From assembly GCA_028534125.1 (NCBI GenBank), contig CM052816.1, positions 34,660,001-34,724,000 on the forward strand: DNA of 64,000 nt. The letters run 5' to 3'. Origin of the DNA: Lama glama. Its lineage: Eukaryota. The notes under the pieces were generated by a model that had not been told where the DNA came from, did not search any database, and was given only the letters and a program-made list of their open reading frames with translations. The translations under genes were made by a program, and so were the position numbers. Shown here piece after piece: positions 51,761 to 64,000 of the stretch (the stretch's first letter is position 1; every line of letters starts with the position of its first letter).

Positions 51761-52135
51761 TGGCTAGAAAAAGGAGGCGCCAAAAGGATGAGATAGAGAT
51801 GCTTATGTCTGTCTTTTTGGAGCCCATTTAAAATATTATATTATATGCATCAGAGCTTATAACTTTAGTATAATCACCCATTCACCCCTCCCTCCACTCT
51901 GACTATCGTTTACTTCACTAATATTTACTAAATGCTCTCCCACCTTCAGAATTTGGTTCAAGATGACACTTCTCTCTGAGTGACCTTTCCTGCCCTACCC
52001 ACAATGCTGTCATCTGATTGAAGCGCTTCCAGATGTACTAACTATCCCTGTCTCTCTTTGTGTATCCCATAACCCCATATGGTTCCTTCTATCTCTTCCT
52101 CCCATTTTGCACTTTACACTGATATCCCCCTAAAA

Positions 52136-52670
52136 CAGGGGCCCCAAATGCAAATGTTTAAAGAGGTGGAGCAGGTGACTTAAATGAGTGATGGAGGCCT
52201 GCTAGTTGCACATTAAATATATTGGGTTATTTTTACCCCTTTAACAGAATATGCTCTCCTCCCTTTTCCTGAAAATGTGGTCCTTTGGGCCTTTCATTTC
52301 CCACTTTTGACGTAGACATATGTACACAAATATTTCTCTAGTATTTTTTCAAACTCTTGGATGAATGGCTACTATGACTCAAGTTTAGTGTCAGGAAGAA
52401 AGGGACTGGTGAAGACAATGGCAAACTGTAAAACTCACACCTCGTCAAAGTGAGGAGGCTGTCACTCAGTGTTGGGTGAGGGTTCCAGGAATATGGGGCT
52501 AACAGGACCAGATCTTACTATTTTTCCCTCTAGAAACTGGAAAGTTAGATTTTTATATGAAATCTCACAATTTCAAGTTTAGTCTTAAATTTGCTAAAGC
52601 ACTCTGCCAATCAAAAAAAAGAACCTACAGGCAGGAGTGGGCCTGCCAGCACCAATTTGTAAGTTCTGCC
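52136..52670. mobile_element. hAT-Charlie family MITE (MER102/MER113-like)
   Basis: CAGGG...AAATG...GCAGGTGACTTAAATGAG start, AGATTTTTATATGAAATCTC internal motif, and AATTTGTAAGTTCTG end. Confidence 0.55.
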
Positions 52671-54589
52671 CTGTGGTGCCATGTGTTCCTTGAGGTCATG
52701 GAAGGAATCTTATTCGCTTGTGTATACACAGAGCCCAGGACAATGACTGGCCCATAACACCTTCTCATTAAATTTTGGTTACCTTTAGTTAGATTTTTTT
52801 CAATCGAATACAACTGTATATTGTCTACAGGTAGAAATCCTTAAAGAGATCTTTTTCTAACTGCTTTCATAGACACCCAGAGCCTGGCCTTTCACTTGTA
52901 TGTAATAGATGCCCAAACATGTTTTGAGTTGTTGAAGGGGATCATATCAAGTAATCATTAACAGCTTAGCTTTAGTTATTAGATGAGTAGCAAGGCATTG
53001 CCTAAGGTTTAAAGGTAGAGAACATTAAAAGAGATGATTTTGATAAGGAGAATTAGATCAAGAGAGAATCAGTGCTGCTCTCAGCAGGTGTAATTGAGCA
53101 TCTCAGTGATCTCTGGACAAGAATGGAGATGTGGGAGAACGCTGCAACTTTGAGGGATTTGGACTTGGTGTCTGCAGCCCGCAGTGAGGCACAAGGCTCT
53201 TCCTCTGCAATGCAAAGCATTTCCAGAGCTGTCACTGCTGGATGTGACTTCTCAGAATGGCTGTTCACTTACAGTGGCCACTTCAAACATCATGTTTGCT
53301 GTCCATTATGAGAGAGAGCCATACTACTTGAAAAAAAAAGTTTTTAATTAAAGGCTAACGCAGTGGGCTTGCTTTTTGAATTTTGCAAGTTGAAAAAAAT
53401 TGCCCAGAGTTACAAATATTTTCAAAGATTAACAACTCGTAAACAGTTGTTTTGAAAATATTAGCAAGCAGTGCATTTACAAGGGAAACCAAATAAATAA
53501 TAACTGCATATCTATTCATGTATACTACTGCTATAAAATATAACTTTAAAAATGAAGACAAGGACTATTTTATACAAACTAAAAAATGATAAATTTTCTG
53601 AGTAAATATTGAGTTGCATCCAATTTATTTAAAAAAAAAGATCAATTGTGAATATCTCCTGTTAAATTATCATGCCATACTTTAAGTAATGTATTTGCCT
53701 TGTCTAATATATAATGAAAAGACTTTTGGCAAACATTTGCCACATATATTAAATAATTCATTTTAAATTTATGATAATGACAATATTTTACTATGCATAA
53801 AAAAACTCATATGAACTTGAACAGCATTTATAGTATGGAAAATTTAGCAAGCAAAACTTTACATTCAAAATGCCATTAGATAAGACTTTGATCTTATTTC
53901 TTTGATTTTATTTCTTCTGTACACTTCCCAACACACAGTCTTAATTTAACATTGAATAAACAAGAAAATACTCAATTGTATACAGAACTAGGTAATAGTT
54001 CCTAGTATGTAACCTTAGATCAAAGTATTTAACCTCCTACATTAGTGAAACTGTCTTTATAAATCAGACCACATATTTTATAAAAACTTACTTATTCACT
54101 AATATTTACTGAGTGCCTATTATGTGTTAGACACTGTATGCACTGGGAATATATCAGTAAACAGACAAAAAAAAAAGTCAGCCCATTTGGAGCTAAACCA
54201 TAGCAATGCTAATATTCCTATTTTGTGTTGTTTTGCATGTTAGTTATTGTGAAATAATAAATAATAATAATAACAATTTATAATTACAAAAAGTAGCATT
54301 TACCTCTTTGGGGTACTTTCAAATACGTTCTCAGTTAATTTTTAAACTCCCCTGGCCTTGAAGTAAGCTTGGCAGACGTTACTACCTCTATGTTATAGAT
54401 GAGGAAACTGTAGATGGTAGATTCCCACAGCCACTGTCATAGGACTGTTCTCGTATCTCTCCAACTCACACAGCTGTGGGAGCACACGAATGAGACAGAG
54501 TCAGAGGCTGAGTAGAGTAAAGGAAGTTTGAAATTATTGCTGTGGAAAGAGGAAGCTAACTGGAAAAACATTAAGAATGTCAGGAGCAG

Positions 54590-55005
54590 CTGAGATTGCT
54601 GACTGTGGCAGTTGCTGGCTGTTCATAAACAGCTGTATTTGGTTCTTCTGCTTCCTGGCACATGGTAAGATTGCAGTTTCCCAGCTTCTTGAACTCAGGT
54701 ATGACTACCTGAATTCCTTTGGCCCATATAAGATGAATGGAAGGTGTTCAAAGGCAATGCACTTACCAGCATGCTGCTTCCCCCAGATGCAATGACCGGG
54801 AAGCACAAATTCAGGTGGAGCCTCCATCCTCCTGAGTCCTTGAATGACTAAAATGAGCAGAACCCCATTCTGGACTTGCAGTAGAGGCAGAAAATAAACT
54901 TGTATCAAGCCACTGATATTTGAGATTTGTTGTTTATGTTTTGCTTTGCTTCATCTTGTTTCATTTTGTTTGTTACCACAACATAACCTAGTTTGCCCTG
55001 ATTGC
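54590..55005 (+). mobile_element. MLT1 (MaLR) LTR
   Basis: GCAGTTTCCCAGCTTCTTGAA, CTGAGTCCTTGAATGACT and AGAAAATAAACTTGTATCAAGCCACTGA motifs. Confidence 0.7.
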
Positions 55006-55009
55006 TAGA

Positions 55010-56295
55010 AAGCATGGGTTTATACTGTTATCAGTTTGTCTGGTTTTGTAATTTCTTGTTCTCCAGCTGTCTCAGCAGCTCGAGTAGAGGTGCAGAAAGC
55101 AGATAGTGAATTCATCTGGAGTTGGGATTTTGTCAGGTGACTGCAACAAAAAGTACTTGAGAATTTTGTCTAGAGAGTGATTGAAACTATGGACCATGAT
55201 ATCCAAGCTTGATTAAGAGGGAGATCAAGCAGGAGAAGGCTCCTGAATAAAGAGGAAGCAGATGGGTCAAGGGCTGGCTGTTTTGATAAAGTGGATGACC
55301 AGTTATAAAGAAAGTAAATGAATAATGAATCTTTAAAAGTGAGGACCTATGACTGAAGCCTAGGATGGTTTAATTAGAGATTACAAAAGTGGCAAAATTT
55401 CAGGTCATGGCAAGGTACAAGATGTGGAAGTGGTGAGGGTGATCTGGCTGTGACATCTGTCACCCCATTGATCGCCAGGGTTGATTTGGCTGATCTGGCT
55501 GCTAAGCAGGTGTCCCCTTCCTCCCTCACTCCTCCATGTAATCCCTCCCAAAGCTGCACGTTTGGTCGAAGAAGATGACCTTCCCCAATAGAGGAGGACC
55601 ATACTTCTTGGTCAAGGGTATATGAGTAGCTATGCTCCCCTGCTAGAACCTCCAAACAAGCTCTGAAGTTGTGGAAGTGGAATTGAGTTACTCAACTGGA
55701 GAGAAAATGTTTGAACAGACAGAAGTTGTCAACCTGAGAGGCTGTATGCTGAGCAGGCCAGCTGCATGCACATTTGAATGGTGGCAGGAACTGGAATAGA
55801 GAGGGGGACAGTGAGTTGCCAAAGTCACCAGTTAATGAGTGAGAAGAAACCAGAGATGGGGACTGTGTCTAGTTGTCAGGAGCTTGAGGAAGACAGGGGT
55901 TTTCATTTATAAGAGACAAGAGGCAGAATTAATGGGCTGCAGATGCTACTTCCCAATGCTGAGCGCCACAGGGTGTAGGAGAGAAAAAGCAGCTTCCACT
56001 CGTGAAGGTTGTAAGACCAATGATTTTATAAGATGATAACCAAATGTCTGTGCAGGTGAAAAGATTGAGGAAAGGCTGCTTGAAGAAGTTGAGGATGTTG
56101 GTAACAATTTGGAGTCATGGAAAAGGGGTTGTGAAGGGGTTCAGGGAAAGAGTTTGGTGGGGAAGATGAGAGATTGGAGCAGGGAGATGAACAAAGCATT
56201 ATTAGAATGAAAGTTGGAGGGTGAGGCATAACCAGAAAGGTGTCCTTGGGCAATGACCAAGGGAAATGGGTATTTGAGGCCAGGAGGGTTTAGGC
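55010..56295 (-). mobile_element. L2 internal region hosting the 7SK pseudogene
   Basis: Purine-rich antisense L2-like sequence (ACTATGGACCATGA, CAGGTCATGGC, AAAGTCACCAG, CAGCTTCCACT). Confidence 0.55.
55433..55664 (+). pseudogene. RN7SK: 7SK snRNA retropseudogene, 3'-truncated, no poly(A) tail
   Basis: Colinear with 7SK from about nt 5 (GTGAGGGtGATCTGGCTGtGACATCTGTCACCCCATTGATCGCCAGGGTTG) to GCTAGAACCTCCAAACAAGCTCT. Many mismatches are at CpGs. 15-bp TSD AAG(A/T)TGTGGAAGTGG at 55419-55433 and 55666-55680. Confidence 0.97.
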
Positions 56296-56308
56296 GATTA
56301 TAATAAGT

Positions 56309-57085
56309 TGTGATTTATAATAAGAAGTATATGTATTTGGTGATATTTTGGCTTATAATAAGAAATATACATATTTGGTCTTTCTCTCTGTTTCTGGCAT
56401 ACAGCTCCTAAAACCCTTGGTATTCCTAAAAGTTGAGAGCAACAAAGGTGTCTTTTTTATGTTAATGAGGTGACTTTTCAGAAGCACCTAAGGATGGGGG
56501 TTGGTTTACTGGAAAACCAACCATGTGATTAGAGGACTGGACCTTTCAGTCCTACCGCTGAACAACAGGATGGGAGAAGGGCTGCAGGTTGAAACAGTTG
56601 CCCATAGCCAATAATTTAATCAATTATGTATATGTAGTGAAGCCTACATAAAAACCCAGAAGGACTGGGTTTGGAGAGTATCTGGACTGGTGAACACATG
56701 GGCCTATAGAGCACATGGAAGCTCCGTGGCCCTTCTTACATACCTTGCCCTATGCATCCTTCTATCTGTATGTTCATCTGTATCCTTTATCTTATCCTTT
56801 AATAAACTGATAAACATAAGTAAGTGTTTCCCTGAGTTCTGTGAGCCTCCTTAGTGAATCATCGAACCTGAGAAGGGAGTAAAGGGAATCTCTGATTTAT
56901 AGCCAGTTGGTCAGTAGTTCAGGTAACAACCTGGCTTGGTGTCTTTAGTTGGGGATGAAGGCGGTACACATCTTATAGGACTGAGCCCTTAACTTGTGAA
57001 ATCTGATGCTACCTCTGGGTAGATAGTATCGAAATTGAGTTGAATTCTTAGATATATTGCTGGTGCCTGAGAATTGCTTGGTGTT
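56309..57085 (+). mobile_element. MER21-like solo LTR
   Basis: Diagnostic stretches TGTGATTTATAATAAGAA...CAGCTCCTAAAACCCTTGG...ACCAACCATGTGATTAGAGG...AAGTAAGTGTTTCCCTGAGTTCTGTGAGC. Confidence 0.85.
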
Positions 57086-57579
57086 AAAATTGGGTCCTGG
57101 AACCCAAAAAGGAGTGGCTTTCAGAGCAATGAAGAGGTTGGAGCCAGTCAGGACAGTTGTTCTCAGTGTCCCCTGTGCTAATCTGTGGGCTGGCACAGAG
57201 GACTAGTAGATGTGCTATGCAAATACACATTCTGTTTTGTGGGCATGGGCCTCATACAGGCTTAGAGCCTATCAAGGGATGCTCCCAGGAAACCGATCTT
57301 TGCTACATCCAGTCACATGGAAAATACTCAGAACTAAATTCTGAGATTGTTTTGCATTGGTTGCTAGAATCCAGAGTCTCCAGAATCACTGGGCAAAAAA
57401 TGATTCATTCAAACCCTGTTCATTTATTAAATGAGAAAACTGAGGCCCTATGTACTGCTCAGCACAGAGTCTGTAGTTTGTCATAGAGCTGAGTCTGTAG
57501 CTCAGGTCTCCTGACCCTTGCACTGTCTTTACTCTAAATGTTCAGCCTCCTAGAAGAGCAATGGCAGGCCACTGTCACA

Positions 57580-57820
57580 TAGTAATAGCTAACATTCACA
57601 ACCAATGCCTGTTGAGGACACAACTATAGCCAAGCCCTGTAAATCACCTCTCATTCTCCTAACAGCTCCATGTAATACAGACACTATCATCATCCCCATC
57701 CTACATAGATGGAAACCAAGGGTTAGAGAAGTTGAGTAACCAAGGTCACATAGCTACAAAGCGGCAGCTCTGGGGTGTGAATTTCCCATCCTTCCCCTCC
57801 AGAGGCTTCTCCCTCAGCCA
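57580..57820 (-). mobile_element. MIR
   Basis: AATAGCTAACATT...TATCATCATCCCCATCCTACATAGATGGAAACCAAGG...CCAAGGTCACATAGCT. Confidence 0.7.
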
Positions 57821-59489
57821 ATAGAATATACTTTATCATTCACTTTCACATGTGTTACCATTTGTGCATTCCCTCCCCCTGCCTTTTTAATAGAATTAGA
57901 AAAATAGTGGTTTTCCCTTGCTGTATATATAGTGCCATATGCCAGCACCTGCTCTGCTCAGACAACTATCTAGCATGAATGTGCAAATACCTGTTTGAGA
58001 CTGGCTCTTCCTAATCATCTTGGCTATCAGTTTCTGCAGCCACCTACCTCTGGGGAATGAAACAAGAAAGGAGATGGATAAAAATACGAGCATGAGGCAC
58101 TGGGTTTTTAAACTTTATTTTGATTTGTGACATTACCAGTATCATCTAAAAATGATAACCTGCCTCTTCTTTCACTGTAAAAAAGTGGCAGATTGACTGT
58201 ACAGCTGCTGGTATCTATGGAATTATTAGGTCTGTTAATGCTATAGTATATGGAGAGCTGTACCAAGTCAGCTTGGGGATAAGACTTGGAGATGGTGGAG
58301 CAGGCTGTCACACATGCGACATGACTGCTGTTTCCTCAAGTTTTTTCAGAGGTGGGGAATCTCTGACTAGCAGGAGAGAAGGCCTCTTGGTCGCAGACCT
58401 AGCTGCTCCTTGGCACAGTGTAGCAATAATTAGGCAAACATTTTGTGAATTCCTCTTGTCTTCCAGGCATGTGCTAGGTGCCCTTAAGGAAATCACACTA
58501 GTCTGGGAGACCAAGAGGGTGAATGGAAACTTGCAATACCATGTGTAATTTCTACGTGGGACACAGGCAGAGGGCTAGGGCAACCCAGGGGAGAGGCTTG
58601 GGCATCCCCAGAAGGCTTCTTCCAAGAGATGTCACGGATGACACTGAAGCAACTCATTTTCCCTCAGAGAAGCCATATAGCAAACCCATTGGGGGATTTA
58701 TTAGTTTTTATTCTTTAGAGTAGGCAGGGTCACATATTGATCATGAATAGAAGTCTGTATGCAGCCCTGGGTACATACAGAGCACATCAGAGGAAAATTG
58801 GTAAGGCAAGGTTCTGAATTGATTCCCCCAGCCTCGTCACAGTTAATAAAGTTACCCTCTTTTGTTCTCCTGCCTCTCTGAAGCAGTGCGGGATTGCCCC
58901 TGAATTGTTTTAATGATGTGCTGTTTTTGTTCCCGTGAGTACTCCATATTTTAGGTGCCAATTCACCTTTTCCTCTCATAAGGAAGAGTCAGGAAAAAGA
59001 ACAAGAGGAATGGCTGAACAATTGAAAATCCAGCATATTGAAAAGGTCATGGTACTACTGCATACTATTTTAATTTCTAAATGTTTTAGGCATTGTAAGT
59101 CCTTTTTGACACTCCATTCTACTGACACATACTAAAAAGGGGCTGGAAAAGGGCAAAAATTATTTTATCTGCTTGTAAAACATGATGAGAAGAATAGGAA
59201 ATGGTGCCCAATTAATCCAAGCTTTTTGTAGCATTTCACTTGGAGGCCTGTTTTGGACATGCCTTCCTGTGAGAAAGGTAACAGTTATGACCTTGTGGTG
59301 CTTTCCCACAGTGATAAAGTAGAAGCTAGGCATCCCTCTAAATAAGCTAGCATTTTAACTTCCTCCTCTTCTTACATGTTTTACTAGTTCTCATCTACCA
59401 TCTATTTAGTGTCTGATTTACTTTCAGGAAGCTTTCAACTAGAACCCTGGTAATTAACATTTACCCAGAGTTAGCACTTTATAAAATGC

Positions 59490-59960
59490 TCGTGGCAGAC
59501 ACTGTTGAGTATCTTATCCCCACCCCACCCCTACCCTCACCCCAACCCCTACCCTCACCCCCACCCCTACTCCTCTCCCTGACTCTCTCCTACTGTACAG
59601 ATGGAAAAGCCAAATACTTGTTCAGCCTCCCTGGCAGGTAGATGTGGCCGTGTCATTTAGTTCTGAGAAGAAGGGAACAGACAAACTCACACATACTTCT
59701 CACTTTTGTCTGTGTGTAACTCGGGAATACCTAGAGCTCCAGCAGCCAACCTGTGACCATGAAGAAGCTGACTTTGCTGAGAAAGTCGGAAAGGAAAGAT
59801 ACAAGGATCCTGAGACACTGATGATGCCGTGGAGGTGCTACCCATGCCCACCTACCTATAGAAGATATCTTGTTATAGGAAAACAATGACCTTCTGTTTG
59901 TTTAAAGTATTAGTATTTTAATTTTCTGTTACTTGTAGCTGAAAGTATTTCTAACTGATG
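59490..59960 (+). mobile_element. MLT1 (MaLR) LTR
   Basis: GTGGCAGACACTG start, CAGCCTCCCTGGCAGGTAGATGTGGCC, and end TCTGTTACTTGTAGCTGAAAGTATTTCTAACTGA. Confidence 0.7.
59517..59571. repeat. C-rich tandem repeat, ~18-bp unit (CCCCACCCCTACCCTCA-like)
   Basis: About three copies inside an MLT1. G-quadruplex-prone on the minus strand. Confidence 0.75.
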
Positions 59961-60539
59961 AAATGCTTTTACAGACAATATCTCATTTGAGCTTCATAAT
60001 AAACCTGTAGTAGATCTGCATTATTCCTATTGTACCAATAGAGAGAGGGAAATTAATGGAGTGTCACTTAAGAGGACACTACAAAAAAAGCACACTACTT
60101 CCAGGCCATAAGTGCTAGAAATCCGAAATTCTCTGTGCTTTTTCCATCATTCCCCCATCCCTATCTGGGTTGAGAATTTGAACTTTCATGGGAAAGGAAG
60201 ACAATCCATTAAAGAGTTATTTGATCCATCAGTCAAGCGACTTCAGGTTCTTCTCTCCCTTCAGCTACTGAAGTATTAGTGTATCATGCTTCTGCTTCCT
60301 CTGTTTGAGTATCTTATTTGCATCCTATTTTTCCTGCAAAGTTAAAGAACATGGAGTTAAAGCAGAGCTAGGAAGATGGAAAATGTCTCTGAATGCAGAA
60401 AACACCAATGACCCTCTCTCATAACAGAAAGATGGGCAGTATTAAGAATATAGCTTTTGGAATTGAAGGTAGTTTTTTTCTTTCCTTTTTAACTTAGAGG
60501 TGAACAGTCTCAAAGTGAACTGTTGATCCCCCTATAGTG

Positions 60540-61000
60540 TGCACTGTCGATGCTCCATCCACAAGCTTTGCTCCTTTTCCTCGCTGGCAGACCAAGGCGT
60601 TTGGGTTTCCATTCTTCTTCCACGTAATTAGGGAAAGGGATCCTTTCCCCAGTTGTAGGGCTTCTGTCAGTCAGTCATGGCAGCTCCATTCCCCTTGCCA
60701 GTGTCGACCTAGGGTGCCTGTGACCTAGTGATAAAACATGAGAAAAGGTCTAGGAAAGATGCTTTCCGCTTCATCTGGCTATTATCAGCCTGGCTATAAC
60801 TCCTATCTTATGACAAGACAGATCTAATTCACTATGAATGACCAAGTGACAAAATGGAAAAGACCTGGATCCTGAATGATAGTGTTGAGCCACTGAATTT
60901 AACCTTGGAGTGTCCCTACCTTTGGTCTCCTTGTTGTGTGAAATAAAAAAAAAAATTTAATTGTTTAAGCAAAGTTGAGTCAGCTGAAGGCATAGTAACT
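60540..61000 (+). mobile_element. MLT1 (MaLR) LTR, degraded
   Basis: GACCTGGATCCTGAATGATAGTGTTGAGCCACTGAA...CCCTACC..TGGTCTCCTTGTTGTGTGAAATAAA...TGTTTAAGC. Confidence 0.6.
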
Positions 61001-61389
61001 TCGTAGTTTCCTGATCGCAGTGGAGATTTGGCCCAGTATGGAAGCACAGCAGGGGAGTTGCCGTCTGGGACCACTGGGTCCTGACAACATAAAGAGATTC
61101 CTCCTAGGCAAGGCCTGAAAACTTGCCTGCATATTGGCTCTTCCAGGTGGTCTGAACATTCATTACTGCTGTACACAGTCATCACAGTGTGACCCCAGGC
61201 TGGAGACATTCAACAAAGACAAATTGAAAAACCAAATCTAATTAATGAGAACTGAGATTTCTTAAAATAGAATTGTTAATGCTGTTAACTGAATTGAGTA
61301 TGTTATGGAAAATGCTTCATGTTGTGCACCATCATCTAAACATTTATCCTTTTCAGAATGAATCATATTTTGGGATTTTGCTCTCTGGA

Positions 61390-61625
61390 AAACCGTATTA
61401 TGTAGAATGTAAGAGTCTAGGTTCTGAGTGCAGGCTGCCAGAATTCACTTTCCATTATCTGTCATTAATCAGACTTGTGACATTGAGCAAGTTATATGTC
61501 TCTGTGCCTCAGTTTCCCCATTTGTAAAAAAGATACAGTAACAGCACCTACCTCATGAGATTTTTGTGCAGGTGTATCAATTTTTATCAGGTAACAGGTG
61601 CTAAAAAAATTGTTAGCTATTTTTA
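61390..61625 (+). mobile_element. MIR
   Basis: MIR core TGAGCAAGTTATATGTCTCTGTGCCTCAGTTTCCCCATTTGTAAAA. Confidence 0.8.
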
Positions 61626-63188
61626 TTATTTGCTAAATGGATTGCAAGCATCCATTTTCTTCCCTGTCTTTTTAAGTGATAAGTAATCCTTTTGCTTGAA
61701 TTTGGGATGTTTTCCATGGCTCTTTCCTAATATTTACCTCCTTCAGAATGATAGGAGAAAATAGTATCTTGAAAACTAATTATGCTGTGTCCTAATTTTT
61801 TTATAATTAATATTGTTACTAGTAATAACATTGCTACACTAAAAAATGCTTTCAGGGACAGAATCCTTACCATTTGTAACCTGGTAGACAAATCCTGGAT
61901 TATCTTAATTTTTTAGACTGTGTAAGTGATACTGATTTTGGTAAATAACTCCACTAAATTCCCTGTCTTTAACTCGTATTTCTCAGTGACTCACTATTTC
62001 TGTGGTAGCTGTCACTCACCTTTTCACTGTAATTTAAAATGTCCTCTCAAAGTGCAGCCAAGACCCTCACAAATGCTTTCTCAATGGAGGTCTTTCCTCA
62101 ACAGACTAATTTTTTTTCTTCTTTACGTATGATTTAATTTTACTCTTTTCAGAGAATTATCTCTAAATATCCTATAAGCAAAAGATTCTGGAAGGAAAGT
62201 TATGGTTCCTGGGTTTTCCTTTTGAGCATTTGAACTGCAGAATTCTACTGCAGAATAAATACTCTTGTTTGTTACAGGCACCTTATCTGCAGAAAACAGT
62301 ACTCACACTTTCAGATAAGGCCACTGGATGTATTGGTGTTTCAGTCATAATTATGATGTGAAGATTAATCTCTACCTTTCTTGCTTAGATTTTTTTCTCT
62401 GATATAGCTTCACTTTATTTTTTTTCATAAGTTCTCTACCATAAATAAACTTATAACTACAGAAATCCTTTTCCTGCATAAAAATCCTTTATTTATTTAT
62501 TCACTGAAAAATCTGCTGCTTGCTCTAGCAGGGACACAAAGATGAAAAGCACATAGATTATTTCCTATGTTAATAAAATATTAATAATGGAAATATTCAT
62601 GACGTCTTAACTATTACAGTACAGGAGAATGACATAGACAAACACTACTTAAATAAAATGGAAATATCTCATTAAATCACTAGATTCTACAATAAATATC
62701 TTCTTTAAATATTAAAATTAAAGATAAGAAGCTGTGCTCTGTTATATGTAAATGTCCTAAAGAAAAATCAGGGGCTGGTTGAAGAATGATTCCCAAAGAA
62801 ATTCAGGTCAAGAAGTTATAAACTGTTTGACAAAGGTAGAAATTCCATTTGTGATAAAATGACAAGACTGAGAAGGTGGAATAAGATTAAAGTCATGCAA
62901 CAGACACTCAACAGGAGAAACAATCACAAATGTTGCAAATATTTTGTAATGGAAGGGAAAGAAAAAATGGCCACACTTTCTCCTATGACAGAGGGGATAA
63001 GGCTGAAAGAGCCTGGGAGTCTCAGTAGATTACAAATAACATGAGATTATCTTTGAGAGATTTAGAACATAATTAAAGTCATCATCCCAGAAGCAAGAAA
63101 AAAATGGCTACAGGCACAGCTTTAACCCCCAAATTCTGGAAAGCAGGCAGCCCCAGGATATGTGACCCTAGAGGAAGAAAGAGAGTAA

Positions 63189-63222
63189 GATGATGATGAT
63201 GGGTGATGATGATGGTGATGAT
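63189..63222. repeat. Imperfect (GAT)n microsatellite
   Basis: gatgatgatgatgggtgatgatgatggtgatgat. Confidence 0.85.
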
Positions 63223-64000
63223 AAAGAATAGCTACCTTACAGGGCACCTGCTGTGTAGCAGGCACTGTGCTCAGTACCTATCATTCCATTTCACTCTGAA
63301 TTACCCTTGGAGACCATCGTTATTAATGTTTTACTGAAGGGAAAAACCAAGGAGCGGAGAGGTGATGAAATTTTCACCAGGTCACTATTAGGTGATAACC
63401 TGTGGTTGGATGATTCCTCTTCCTCTTACCTCTCTCACTTGGGACACCCCTTCAGTGCTTCTCCATCCCTGCTATCCATCTCACGTGTAACTCTACATTC
63501 TCTGGAATGACACCCTTCCAGGTCCAGCCAGAGTCAGTAAGGGAACATTTATAAAATACAACAGACGTCTCCAGATGTAGGAGTTTATCTCTGCCTGTAC
63601 AATAAGCAGATAGACCCTGACTCCTATTGAAGCCATATTCATGCAAAATAATTGCATCCACCAAAGAGAACTGATCTTATTCAGGGGCTGATCACCTGGT
63701 CTGTGGATTGAGAGTTGATGATAAAACCTTGTCAACAAAGTTACTTTGAATTCATAGAGAATCTTTCATCTGAAAAGGCTTTATAGTTAAGAGATGAGTG
63801 ATTGCCCAGATTCTTGGCAAATTCTATGTTGGAGCTTAGAAAATAAACTACAGTTATGGATTTCCATATCATATTTTATGAGCAATGTATTTACCCTAAT
63901 TCCTACTTTTCATTCTGTACCTTTTAAACTATGTGATAAGATTTAAAGCACTACAGTCATTCTTCTAGTGGGTAGTTTGGCAACGTAGTTTTGCACATTT

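Noticed and set aside
53053..53311. Opposing 71-aa and 79-aa ORFs
   Set aside because: No recognisable homology or splice structure; lengths are compatible with chance.
55374..55655. 93-aa and 65-aa minus-strand ORFs
   Set aside because: Antisense to the 7SK pseudogene.
61871..62030. Strong minus-strand donors (ATG|gtaagg; AAG|gtgagt)
   Set aside because: The implied exons are 7-10 nt or contain stops in all frames, so I could not build a consistent model.
1..64000. CRISPR arrays, operons or other prokaryotic systems
   Set aside because: The sequence is mammalian. There are no repeat-spacer arrays or dense long ORFs.

Overview
This is mammalian genomic DNA, not prokaryotic. It is AT-rich, CpG-depleted and dense in repeats. 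Two tRNA-Ala-derived Vic-1-like SINEs point to a camelid (alpaca, llama or camel). I can support no intact protein-coding gene. The only ORFs I recognise are retroelement remnants: L1 ORF1, L1 ORF2 C-termini and ERVL protease/RT. The window holds old repeats (MIR, L2, L1M, MLT1, ERVL, MER2, Charlie) plus younger L1-driven insertions with clear target-site duplications (TSDs). The most unusual element is a 5'-complete L1 (19.7-22.7 kb, minus strand) that keeps its promoter and ORF1 but lacks almost all of ORF2. Its junction looks like a splice, and it carries a short 3' transduction. Also notable are a polyadenylated ~93-nt LTR-like retrocopy, a tailless 3'-truncated 7SK pseudogene, and candidate symmetric phase-1 micro-exons on the minus strand (one duplicated) that may belong to an unidentified gene. 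Repeat family names are by-eye recognitions, and boundaries of old repeats are approximate. I cannot demonstrate a new biological system from this sequence alone.
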